Source of the DNA: Vicinamibacteria bacterium
GTDB taxonomy: Bacteria; Acidobacteriota; Vicinamibacteria; Marinacidobacterales; Marinacidobacteraceae
Length of the DNA: 64,000 nucleotides
Direction of reading: 5' to 3'
Assembly: GCA_964291235.2 (NCBI GenBank)
Contig: OZ219816.1
Span: 1,248,001-1,312,000 of the forward strand
Of the stretch, positions 41,730-50,404 are shown piece after piece; the first letter of the stretch is position 1; each line of letters begins with the position of its first letter. The position numbers and the translations under genes are program-made. The notes beneath the pieces are model-generated. The model saw only the letters and a program-made list of their open reading frames with translations, was not told the origin of the DNA and searched no databases.

Positions 41730-43649
41730 ATGAAATCCCGAGTCCCCTATTCACCCCGTAACACGGTTCGCATTCCGGCGTTGGCCGGTGGAGTGGTCGC
41801 ACTGCTGGCTGCGTGTGCACCCGAAGCGCCGCAGATCCCGAGTTACGACGCGCGGGCGTTCTATGACACGGAACAGGTCTTCGGAGCGTCCTTCTCGCCG
41901 GACGAGTCGCGCGTCCTGATGACCTCGGACCGGACGGGCGTCATGAACGTCTACGCGCAGCCGATTGCCGGAGGCGAACCCGAGGCGCTGACCAGCTCGG
42001 AGACGGACGCCAACATGGGAATGGCGTTCTTCCCGGATGACGACCGGGTCCTGTTCACCGCGGACCAGGGCGGCAACGAACTGAACCACCTCTACGTACT
42101 GGCCCCCGGCGGAACCCCCGAAGACATCACGCCGGGCGAAAACCTCAAGGCGGGCCTGGTCCGATTCACCACCGAGGGGGACCGATTCTTCGTCACCACA
42201 AACGAACGGGACCCGCAGGCCTTCGACGTCTACGAATATCGCGTCGACGACCTGAGCCGGCGCTTGGTGTTCGAGAACCCCGGCGGTTTCCAGCCGGGCC
42301 CGGTGAGCGGCGACGGCCGTTTCCTGGCGGTCTCCAAGGCGAAGAACAACGCGGACAGCGACGTCTATCTGGTCGACCTCGAGAACCCTGAGCAAGAGCC
42401 CCTCCACATCACCCCGCACGAAGGCGACGCATCGCACGGTCCGGTGACCTTCAACCCGGAGGTCAGCGAACTGCTCTACCGGACCGACGCCCACGGGGAG
42501 TTCGCCGAGGTCTGGGCATACGACCTGGCGAGCGGCGCACACCGGCGGGTGCTGGCGGCCGACTGGGATGTCTTCACCGTCTACTTCTCGAAGCGCGGGA
42601 CCTACCGGGTGAGCGCGGTGAACGTGGATGCCTCCACCGAGGTCGCCGTGCTGGACACCCGGAGCGGCGAGACCGTGGAGTTCCCGGAAGTTCCCGGCGG
42701 GGATGTGACCGGCGTGGCTTTCTCGCCCAGCGAGACGAAGATGGCCTTCTACGTGAACAGCGACACTTCGCCCTCGAATCTCTACGTCTGGGATCTGGAG
42801 ACCGGAGAGCACCGGCGGCTCACGAACACCCTGAACCCGGTGATCGTCGAAGAGAACCTGGTGGACGGCGAGGTCGTTCGCTACCCGAGTTTCGACGGGC
42901 TCGATATCCCGTCGGTTCTGTACCGCCCGCATCAGGCCACGCCGAACTCTCCGGTTCCGGCGCTCGTCTGGGTTCACGGCGGCCCGGGCGGCCAGAGCCG
43001 CAAGGGCTACCGGGCGCAGATCCAGCATCTCGTGAACAACGGCTACGCGGTCCTGGCGGTGAACAACCGCGGTTCCTCGGGGTACGGCAAGACGTTCTTC
43101 CACATGGACGACAAACGGCACGGGGACGTGGACCTGAAGGACTGCGTGGAGGCCCGGACCTATCTCGAATCGCTTGATTGGGTGGACAAGGAACGGGTCG
43201 GGATCATCGGCGGGAGTTACGGCGGCTACATGGTGGGAGCCGCGCTCGCCTTCGAGCCCGAGGTCTTCGACGTCGGCGTGAACATCTTCGGGGTGATGAA
43301 CTGGGTGCGGACACTCTCCAGTATCCCGCCCTGGTGGGGCGCGGCGCGGGATTCGCTCTACGCGGAGCTCGGGGATCCGGAGACCGAGCTGGAACGCCTG
43401 ACCGCCATTTCCCCGCTCTTCCACGCCGAGAACATCGTGCGGCCGCTCTTCGTGGTGCAAGGCGCCAACGACCCGCGGGTGCTCCAGATCGAGAGCGACG
43501 AGATCGTCGAAGCGGTGCGGGCGAATGGAGTGCCGGTCGAGTACGTGATCTTCCCGGACGAGGGACACGGTTTTCGGAATCGGGACAATCGCATCGAGAG
43601 CGCCGACCGCATCCTCGGATTTTTGGACACCTACCTGCGGGGAGACTGA
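41730..43649 (+). CDS. S9 family peptidase lipoprotein
   Basis: LLAAC lipobox; VHGGPG, GGSYGG, GANDPRV, DEGHGF. Confidence 0.93.
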   Translation: MKSRVPYSPRNTVRIPALAGGVVALLAACAPEAPQIPSYDARAFYDTEQVFGASFSPDESRVLMTSDRTGVMNVYAQPIAGGEPEALTSSETDANMGMAFFPDDDRVLFTADQGGNELNHLYVLAPGGTPEDITPGENLKAGLVRFTTEGDRFFVTTNERDPQAFDVYEYRVDDLSRRLVFENPGGFQPGPVSGDGRFLAVSKAKNNADSDVYLVDLENPEQEPLHITPHEGDASHGPVTFNPEVSELLYRTDAHGEFAEVWAYDLASGAHRRVLAADWDVFTVYFSKRGTYRVSAVNVDASTEVAVLDTRSGETVEFPEVPGGDVTGVAFSPSETKMAFYVNSDTSPSNLYVWDLETGEHRRLTNTLNPVIVEENLVDGEVVRYPSFDGLDIPSVLYRPHQATPNSPVPALVWVHGGPGGQSRKGYRAQIQHLVNNGYAVLAVNNRGSSGYGKTFFHMDDKRHGDVDLKDCVEARTYLESLDWVDKERVGIIGGSYGGYMVGAALAFEPEVFDVGVNIFGVMNWVRTLSSIPPWWGAARDSLYAELGDPETELERLTAISPLFHAENIVRPLFVVQGANDPRVLQIESDEIVEAVRANGVPVEYVIFPDEGHGFRNRDNRIESADRILGFLDTYLRGD

Positions 43650-43652
43650 AGC

Positions 43653-45113
43653 ATGAAGCGTTGGATTGCTCTTTTGCTGGCCGCCGGAATCAGCGGTGCG
43701 TTGGGACACGCCGCGGCCGGGCACGCCACGGCCTCCGAATGGGACCGCTTCCGGGGACCGAACGGCACCGGAATCGGCCCGGACGGCGACCTCCCGGTGG
43801 TGTTCGGACCCGAGCACGGCCCCATATTCCGGGTGCCGCTCCCACCGGGGCATTCTTCCCCGATCCTCGCGGGCGGACGCGTCCACCTGACGGCCTACTC
43901 CGATACCGAGTTCTTCACCATCGCGCTCGATGCGGAGACGGGCGACGAGATATGGCGGGCCGCAACCCGTCGCGAGCGCGTCACCGAGGTGGACTCCAGG
44001 AACAACGCGGCGTCGCCGAGCGTCGCGGCCACCGATGACGGGGTGTACGCCTTCTTTCCGGATCTCGGCCTGATCGGCTACGACGGCGAGGGCAGGGAGG
44101 CGTGGCGGCAGCCGCTCGGACCGTTCGACAACTTCTACGGGATGGGCGCCTCGCCGATCCTCGCCGGGGACGCCGTCGTCCTGGTCCTCGATCAGAATCT
44201 GGACTCCGAGATCATCGCGTTCAACCGGAGCGACGGGGAGGTCCGCTGGCGGACGTCACGCCCGGAAGCCACCAGCGGCCATTCCACCCCGGTTCTTCGC
44301 GAGACCGCGCGGGGGACCGAGATCCTGGCGCCGGGAAGCTTCCTGCTCACCGCGTACGGCGTCGATGACGGGAAAGCCCGCTGGTGGGTGCGGGGACTGC
44401 CCTGGGAAATGAAGTCCACGCCCCTGCTGGAGGGAGATCTGGTCTATGTGAACGGCTACGGGGCGCCGCTGAACCAACCGGGAAACCAGATCACGCCGCC
44501 GAGCTTCGCCGAGACCCTCGAAGCCTCCGATCAAAACGGCGACGGGCTGATCGCGCGCGACGAAGCGGAGGGACACTCGGACTTCTGGTTCGGAGTCATC
44601 GATCTCAGCAGCAACGGCCTGCTCGAACCCAGTGAGTGGGCCTACTACGAAGCGGTGCTCTCGTCGCAGAACGGAATTCTCGCCATCCGCCCCGGAGCCC
44701 CCGGAGAGAACGGGGACCTCACGGAAGCAAACACGGTGTGGAGTTACCGGCGGAGTGTCCCGCAGCTTCCCTCACCGCTCCTCTACGGCGGCGTGCTCTA
44801 CATGGTCAACGACGGGGGCATCGTCACCGCCCTGAACCCGCGGACCGGCGCGATGCTCTCCCAGGGGCGGCTGGCGGGCGCGGTGGATGCCTACTACGCC
44901 TCCCCGGTGGCCGCGGACGGCAAGATCTACTTCGTGAGCGAACTGGGCCTCGCAGCCGTGGTGCGCCCCCTCGACCCCGGCGAGACGTCGCCGGAGCTCA
45001 ACGTGGTGCAGGTCAATCCGCTCGGCGAATCGGTGTACGCCACCCCCGCGATCGCCCCCTCGCGCCTCTACATCCGGACCGTCGAGGCGCTCTACGCCTT
45101 CGGCCCGGAGTAG
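43653..45113 (+). CDS. PQQ-like beta-propeller protein with EF-hand-like insertion
   Basis: WDRFRGP; DQNGDGLIARDE and DLSSNGLLEPSE loops inserted mid-protein. Confidence 0.85.
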   Translation: MKRWIALLLAAGISGALGHAAAGHATASEWDRFRGPNGTGIGPDGDLPVVFGPEHGPIFRVPLPPGHSSPILAGGRVHLTAYSDTEFFTIALDAETGDEIWRAATRRERVTEVDSRNNAASPSVAATDDGVYAFFPDLGLIGYDGEGREAWRQPLGPFDNFYGMGASPILAGDAVVLVLDQNLDSEIIAFNRSDGEVRWRTSRPEATSGHSTPVLRETARGTEILAPGSFLLTAYGVDDGKARWWVRGLPWEMKSTPLLEGDLVYVNGYGAPLNQPGNQITPPSFAETLEASDQNGDGLIARDEAEGHSDFWFGVIDLSSNGLLEPSEWAYYEAVLSSQNGILAIRPGAPGENGDLTEANTVWSYRRSVPQLPSPLLYGGVLYMVNDGGIVTALNPRTGAMLSQGRLAGAVDAYYASPVAADGKIYFVSELGLAAVVRPLDPGETSPELNVVQVNPLGESVYATPAIAPSRLYIRTVEALYAFGPE

Positions 45114-45117
45114 GTTC

Positions 45118-45515
45118 GGAGCCATGGTCATTCCGGCGGGAGCCATGGTCAAACTCGTCGGAGCCATGGTCAATCCGGCCGGAGGCATGGTCAAAGCCCG
45201 AATTGCGCCAAGAAGCCATGGTCAATCGCGAAATTCCGGCCTTTTCGGCTCGAATTCGGCCATTTCTTCGGGTTTTCCGGAAATCGGTCCACACCGGTAA
45301 AACCCTGCGGTAACCGGCCGGAATCCGGCTATTTCCGTCGTTTCCACCGGACTCCGCGTCCGAATCCGGCTTTCGAAGAATCGGAATCCGGCCGCGCCGA
45401 ATCCCGCTCGGAAGACCCGCTGGGGAGTCGTGAGCCATGGTCAAAACTCCCGTCCTGCAGGCGGGAGCCATGGTCAAACGGAGCCATGGTCATTCCGGCC
45501 CGAGCCATGGTCAAA
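45118..45515. repeat. Iteron-like direct-repeat array (9 x GAGCCATGGTCA) in two clusters
   Basis: Copies start at 45119, 45140, 45161, 45182, 45213 and 45432, 45465, 45481, 45502. Confidence 0.9.
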
Positions 45516-45563
45516 GCGAGCGCCGCGCCGCCGGCCGGTACTTCCCGACCCGGCCGCCGGTGC

Positions 45564-46292
45564 CTACCGGGTCGCCGTGTAGGCGATGACCGGAGGGTTC
45601 TCCAGGAATTCGTCCCAGAAGCGGTTGCCGCGTTCGGCCGGATCGAGCGCGACGCCGAGCCAGCGGAAATCCCCGAACCCCGCCCGCTCGAACGCCCGGA
45701 CGTACGTCTCCGGGCTCAGGAAGTAGTTGTGGAATTCGAACTGCGTGCCGTCGGGGTTCGTGAACCGGTAGTGGATCGGCGCGCCGGCGTACGGATCGGC
45801 CGGCCCGGTCCTCACGATCCCGTACCTGGAGAGCGAGACGGTTCCCCGCGGCAGGTTCAGCACGTTGTCGTTGAACCCGACGAGGCGCCCTCCGGGCCGG
45901 AGCGCCCGGTGAGCGACGCCCAGGAAGCGGAGCAGCTTCTCCTCGGCGCCGGCATAGTGGAGGAGATACATAGCGAGCACCAGGTCCACCGGTTCGCCGG
46001 GTTCGTAGTCCGCGGCGTCGCAGCAGACATAGCGGCAGCCCAGCGGGTCTTCCCGTTCCTGCGCCGTCGCCAGGCGGATCATTTCGGAAGAGATGTCCAC
46101 TCCGGTCACCTCGGCGGCCCCCGACCTCCTGAGGAGACGGGAATAAAACCCCTCGCCGCAGGCAAGGTCCAGCACCGACTTGCCGCGGACATCCCCGAGC
46201 ATCTCGAACAACGTGTAGCGCTCGATGTGCTTGCGGAAAGGAAGCTGTTTCGAGTCCTGATAGGCGCCTGCGATCGCGTCGTACTGAGCCAT
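45564..46292 (-). CDS. Class I SAM-dependent methyltransferase
   Basis: MAQYDAIA, VLDLACGEG, GVDISSEMI, LRPGGRLV. Confidence 0.92.
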   Translation of the reverse strand: MAQYDAIAGAYQDSKQLPFRKHIERYTLFEMLGDVRGKSVLDLACGEGFYSRLLRRSGAAEVTGVDISSEMIRLATAQEREDPLGCRYVCCDAADYEPGEPVDLVLAMYLLHYAGAEEKLLRFLGVAHRALRPGGRLVGFNDNVLNLPRGTVSLSRYGIVRTGPADPYAGAPIHYRFTNPDGTQFEFHNYFLSPETYVRAFERAGFGDFRWLGVALDPAERGNRFWDEFLENPPVIAYTATR

Positions 46293-46379
46293 GGCAACCC
46301 GAGAATAACCACGCAGGGGATAATGGGACGCGCATCGCGGGTTCACCTGCAACCCGCTCCTGAACGCGGAGGATTCGAT

Positions 46380-48575
46380 GTGAAGTCCCTTCCTTTCCTT
46401 GCTGCCACGCTCGCGCTCCTCGTCGCATCGTCCGCCGGGGCGCAGGAGGATCCCGGAGAGGCGCTCCGCGCCGCCGCCCGCGAGGGGGACACCGAACGGA
46501 TCGGGGAACTGCTGGCCGCCGGCGCGGCGGTGGACGCTCCGAACCGCTACGGCGCGACGGCGCTCTTTTTCGCCGCCGACCGGGGGCACCTCGAGGTGGT
46601 CCGGCGCCTCGTCGAAGCCGGCGCCGCGCTCGATGTCTCCGACCGCTTCTACCAGATGACCGCTCTCAGCCGGGCCGCCGGGTCGGGACACCGCGAGGTG
46701 GTGCTGTTGTTGCTGGCGCGGGGCGCCGCCGGAGCGGGTCCGGTGCTGATTCAGGCGGCGCGCGTCGATGACCGGGAGTTGATGCGCGCGGTCCTCGATA
46801 ACGGGAACTTCGACGCAGACGCCCTGTCCGCCGCCCGGGAGGCAGCCGCATCCGAGGAGATCACGGAGCTACTGCGGGGACGGACCGCCCGGGCGGCCGC
46901 CGTACCGGAACTCACCGAGGAAGCCCGGCGGCAGCTCGCCGGACGCTACTGGCACGAGACCGCGGAACGCGGCGTCCTGGTGGTTTCGGAAGAAGGGAAC
47001 CTCCTTGCTCGCCACTTCGACCGGGATCCGGCGTCCGGGGAGGACCGGTTCGCGGATTCGGCGGTCACGCTCGTTCCGCGCGGCGGCCCGCGCTCCTTCG
47101 TAGCGCGGGGCGCGGAGGAGACGCGCTACGGATTCCCGGGACGGGGCGGAATGGTGGAGCGCCTGATCGTGGAACAGGGCGGCGAGACCGTCGCCTACCC
47201 GCCGGAGGGCGAGACGGAGGGCCGCGCCGCGGCTCGGGAGGCGGCGGAAGCCCCCGTGGAAACCGACCTCGCCGCCGGTGACCTGACGCCGATCCGGGCG
47301 CGGCCCTGGCCTCAGTTCCGGGGTCCGGGCGGCTCGGGAATCGCCGACGGGCAGGGCGTCCCGCTTCGCTGGAGCGTGGCGGAGGGTGACGGCATCGCCT
47401 GGGAAGTCCCGCTGCCCGGCCTCGGCGTGTCGAGCCCCATCGTGTGGGAAGACCGGGTGTACGTGGTCACCGCGGCCAGCCTCACCGAGGATTCCGAGTT
47501 CCGGATCGGGCTCTACGGGGACGTGGCCCCGGTCCAGAACGACAGCGAACACCGGTGGGACCTGCGAGCTTTCGATCTCACCACCGCGGAGCCGGTGTGG
47601 ACCCGGGAGCTCCGCCGCGGCGTGCCGAAGACCCGCCGCCACACGAAGTCCAGCCAGGCCAACGCAACCCCGGTGACCGACGGGGAACGGATCGTCACCC
47701 TGGTCGGGAGCATGGGAGTGCTGATGTGTCATGACCTCGACGGCAACCTGCTCTGGGAGCGGGAGGTGGGCGTCCTCAACAGCGGCTGGTTCTATGACCC
47801 CGACTACCAGTGGGGGCACGCGTCGTCTCCGGTGATCCACGACGGCGCGGTCATCGTGCTCGCCGACGTCCACGGGGATGCGTTCCTGGGGGCTTTCGAC
47901 CTCGAAGACGGGGAGCCCCGCTGGCGAACCACCCGGGACGAGGTCTCCACGTTCTCGACGCCGCTGGTTCACGAGGTGGACGGGGCAACCGAGGTCGTGG
48001 TGAACGGCACCGTGATCCGCGGGTACGACGCATCGACGGGCGCCGAGCGCTGGCGGCTCGGTCCCAACTCGGAGATCCCGATCGGCGTGCCCCTGCTGGG
48101 GGACGGTCTGCTCTTCGTCCAGGCCGGCTATCCACCGATCCGGCCCATCTACGCGATCCGGCCGGGTAGTGAGGGCGATCTGAGCCTTCCGGCCGGCGAG
48201 GATTCGAGCGAAGCCATCGCCTGGAGCAAGAACCGGGGCGGGGTGTACATCCCGTCGCCGCTCTTTTACCGGGGAGTCCTCTACCTGAACGCGAACAACG
48301 GCCGTCTCTCCGCCTACGACGGAGAAACCGGCGAGCGTCTCTACCGCGCCCGGATCGGCGGCGTGGGCGGCTCCTACGCGGCGTCCCCGATCGCCGCCGA
48401 TGGCCGCCTCTACTTCACCACCGAAGAAGGCGAAACCTTCGTGGTCCGCGCGGGCCGGGAATACGAACTCCTCGCCAGGAACAGCGTGGACCGGATCGTG
48501 ATGGCGTCCCCGGCGGCGAGCGGCGGCGTGCTCGTGATGCGCGCGATCGATCGCCTGTTCGGCATCACGCGCTAA
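46380..48575 (+). CDS. Ankyrin-repeat + PQQ-like beta-propeller fusion protein
   Basis: RBS ggagg + GTG; YGATALFFAADRGHLEVVRRLVEAGA ankyrin repeats; WPQFRGP propeller. Confidence 0.88.
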   Translation: MKSLPFLAATLALLVASSAGAQEDPGEALRAAAREGDTERIGELLAAGAAVDAPNRYGATALFFAADRGHLEVVRRLVEAGAALDVSDRFYQMTALSRAAGSGHREVVLLLLARGAAGAGPVLIQAARVDDRELMRAVLDNGNFDADALSAAREAAASEEITELLRGRTARAAAVPELTEEARRQLAGRYWHETAERGVLVVSEEGNLLARHFDRDPASGEDRFADSAVTLVPRGGPRSFVARGAEETRYGFPGRGGMVERLIVEQGGETVAYPPEGETEGRAAAREAAEAPVETDLAAGDLTPIRARPWPQFRGPGGSGIADGQGVPLRWSVAEGDGIAWEVPLPGLGVSSPIVWEDRVYVVTAASLTEDSEFRIGLYGDVAPVQNDSEHRWDLRAFDLTTAEPVWTRELRRGVPKTRRHTKSSQANATPVTDGERIVTLVGSMGVLMCHDLDGNLLWEREVGVLNSGWFYDPDYQWGHASSPVIHDGAVIVLADVHGDAFLGAFDLEDGEPRWRTTRDEVSTFSTPLVHEVDGATEVVVNGTVIRGYDASTGAERWRLGPNSEIPIGVPLLGDGLLFVQAGYPPIRPIYAIRPGSEGDLSLPAGEDSSEAIAWSKNRGGVYIPSPLFYRGVLYLNANNGRLSAYDGETGERLYRARIGGVGGSYAASPIAADGRLYFTTEEGETFVVRAGREYELLARNSVDRIVMASPAASGGVLVMRAIDRLFGITR

Positions 48576-48591
48576 TCCCCACGCTTCTACA

Positions 48592-49974
48592 ATGAACGCC
48601 ACTACCGGAGGTTCCGCCGTGTCCCTGACTACTCTTCGTCTCATTCTGGTCCTGGTGATCGCCGGTCTGCTCCCGGCGGGCGCCTTTGCCGAAGACTGGC
48701 CCCACTGGCGGGGGCCGACCCACGACGGGGTCAGCGGCGAGACCGGACTCCCGGTCCAGTGGGACACCGAGAACGGGATCGTGTGGAAGACCCCGATGCC
48801 CGCCTGGAGCGGGGCGACCCCCATCATCTCGGGGGACACGATCTTCCTGAACGTTTCGATTCCCGCCGACGCCGCGGGAGTGCCGGCAAATCCGTCGGAG
48901 AGCAACCGGCGCCGGCGGGGTGCGGTGTCCGGCCGGGGCAACGTCGCCTACTCGGGTCACATCGAACTCTGGGCGCTCGATCGGAGCGACGGATCGGTGC
49001 GCTGGACGCGTCACCTGAGCGACCGGGATACCCGCGGACGGAAGCAGAACATGTCCTCGCCGTCTCCGGTCACCGACGGGAATCACGTCTTTGTTCTGAC
49101 CGGGACCGGGATGCTCACGGCTTTCGACTTCGAGGGGAACGAACTCTGGTCGCGCAGCATTCAGGCGGACTACGGCGATTTCGGACTGAACTGGGGTTAC
49201 GCGAGCAGCCCGCTCCTGTTCGGGGACGGGATCTACGTCCAGGTGCTGCACGGCATGAAGACGGACGATCCTTCCTACATCCTGCGGATCGACAAGGCCA
49301 GCGGCGAGACGGTCTGGCACGTCGAGCGTCCCACCGAGGCGATTCGCGAGTCCCCCGATTCGTACACCACCCCGTTCATGCACCAGGTGGGCGGACGCGA
49401 TGAACTCGTCATCACCGGCGGCGACGTGGTGACCGGACACGATCCCGAGACCGGCCGCGAGCGGTGGCGTTCTGACGGCCTGAACCCGGAAAACAACGGC
49501 GCCTACCGGATCGTGGCGTCACCGGTCGTGAAGGACGGGATCATCTACGCCCCGACCCGGGTCAAGCCGCTGCTCGCGCTCCGGACCGGCGGGGAAGGGG
49601 ACATCACGGACTCCCACCGCATCTGGTCCTTCGACCGGGGGCCCGACGTCCCGAGCCCGGTGACCGACGGGGAGCGCTTCTACGTGGTGACGGACAACGG
49701 CGTGATGTATGCGCTCGACGCCAAGACCGGCGAGGTTCTCCTGGGGCCGACCCGCCTGGCGTCCGGCACCTACAGCGCTTCTCCGGTGCTGGCCGAGGAC
49801 CGCCTCTACATCATCAACGAGGACGGGGTGGCCAGCGTGGTCGGGCTGGAACAAGACTCTCTCGACATCCTCGCCACCAACGACATGGGCGCCTACACGC
49901 TCAGTTCGATGGCGATGTCGAACGGGCAGATCTTCCTGCGGACCGCGGAGGCCCTCTACTGCATCGGGGGGTAA
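48592..49974 (+). CDS. PQQ-like beta-propeller protein
   Basis: DWPHWRGP, SSPSPVTDG, YASSP, IFLRT. Confidence 0.88.
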   Translation: MNATTGGSAVSLTTLRLILVLVIAGLLPAGAFAEDWPHWRGPTHDGVSGETGLPVQWDTENGIVWKTPMPAWSGATPIISGDTIFLNVSIPADAAGVPANPSESNRRRRGAVSGRGNVAYSGHIELWALDRSDGSVRWTRHLSDRDTRGRKQNMSSPSPVTDGNHVFVLTGTGMLTAFDFEGNELWSRSIQADYGDFGLNWGYASSPLLFGDGIYVQVLHGMKTDDPSYILRIDKASGETVWHVERPTEAIRESPDSYTTPFMHQVGGRDELVITGGDVVTGHDPETGRERWRSDGLNPENNGAYRIVASPVVKDGIIYAPTRVKPLLALRTGGEGDITDSHRIWSFDRGPDVPSPVTDGERFYVVTDNGVMYALDAKTGEVLLGPTRLASGTYSASPVLAEDRLYIINEDGVASVVGLEQDSLDILATNDMGAYTLSSMAMSNGQIFLRTAEALYCIGG

Positions 49975-49980
49975 CCGCCG

Positions 49981-50400
49981 GTGGTGACCGCCCCCGCCGG
50001 TGATCGAGCCCCCAACACCCGGATTCGATCCACTCGGGTTCGACTGGCGCTCGCCGCCGCGCTGCTGCTCGGTTCCTGCAGTGGCGCCGCGGACACTCTG
50101 ACGGCGCCGGCGCTCTCGCCCCGGGCGGCGCGGCTGACCGGCCTCTTGGTCGTCGCCCCGCAGACCTCGATCCGGGTCGGTCAGTCCGTGGGTCCGCTCG
50201 TGGCCCGCGGCACCTACGACGACGGCCCTTCGGCCACGGTCCGCGCGATCTGGACTTCGACCGACCGCGCGGTCCTGACGGTGGACGCCCAGGGCGTGGT
50301 GACCGGGGTCGGCGTCGGGACGGCCCGGGTGGCCGCGACGTTCGGGCCCTGGACCGCGGAGGTCTTTTTTCAGGTGACGCCGGCAAACCCCGGCAACTGA
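49981..50400 (+). CDS. Small lipoprotein with bacterial Ig-like (Big_2) domain
   Basis: LLGSC lipobox; WTSTDRAVLTVDAQGVVTGVGVGTARV. Confidence 0.8.
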   Translation: MVTAPAGDRAPNTRIRSTRVRLALAAALLLGSCSGAADTLTAPALSPRAARLTGLLVVAPQTSIRVGQSVGPLVARGTYDDGPSATVRAIWTSTDRAVLTVDAQGVVTGVGVGTARVAATFGPWTAEVFFQVTPANPGN

Positions 50401-50404
50401 GCGA

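Noticed and set aside
45118-45515. CRISPR or mini-CRISPR array
   Set aside because: Repeat is 12-13 bp and intervening segments are mostly ~9 bp, far too short
46286-46297. Tenth GAGCCATGG copy
   Set aside because: Overlaps the methyltransferase start codon, isolated and mismatched (GAGCCATGGCAA); likely chance
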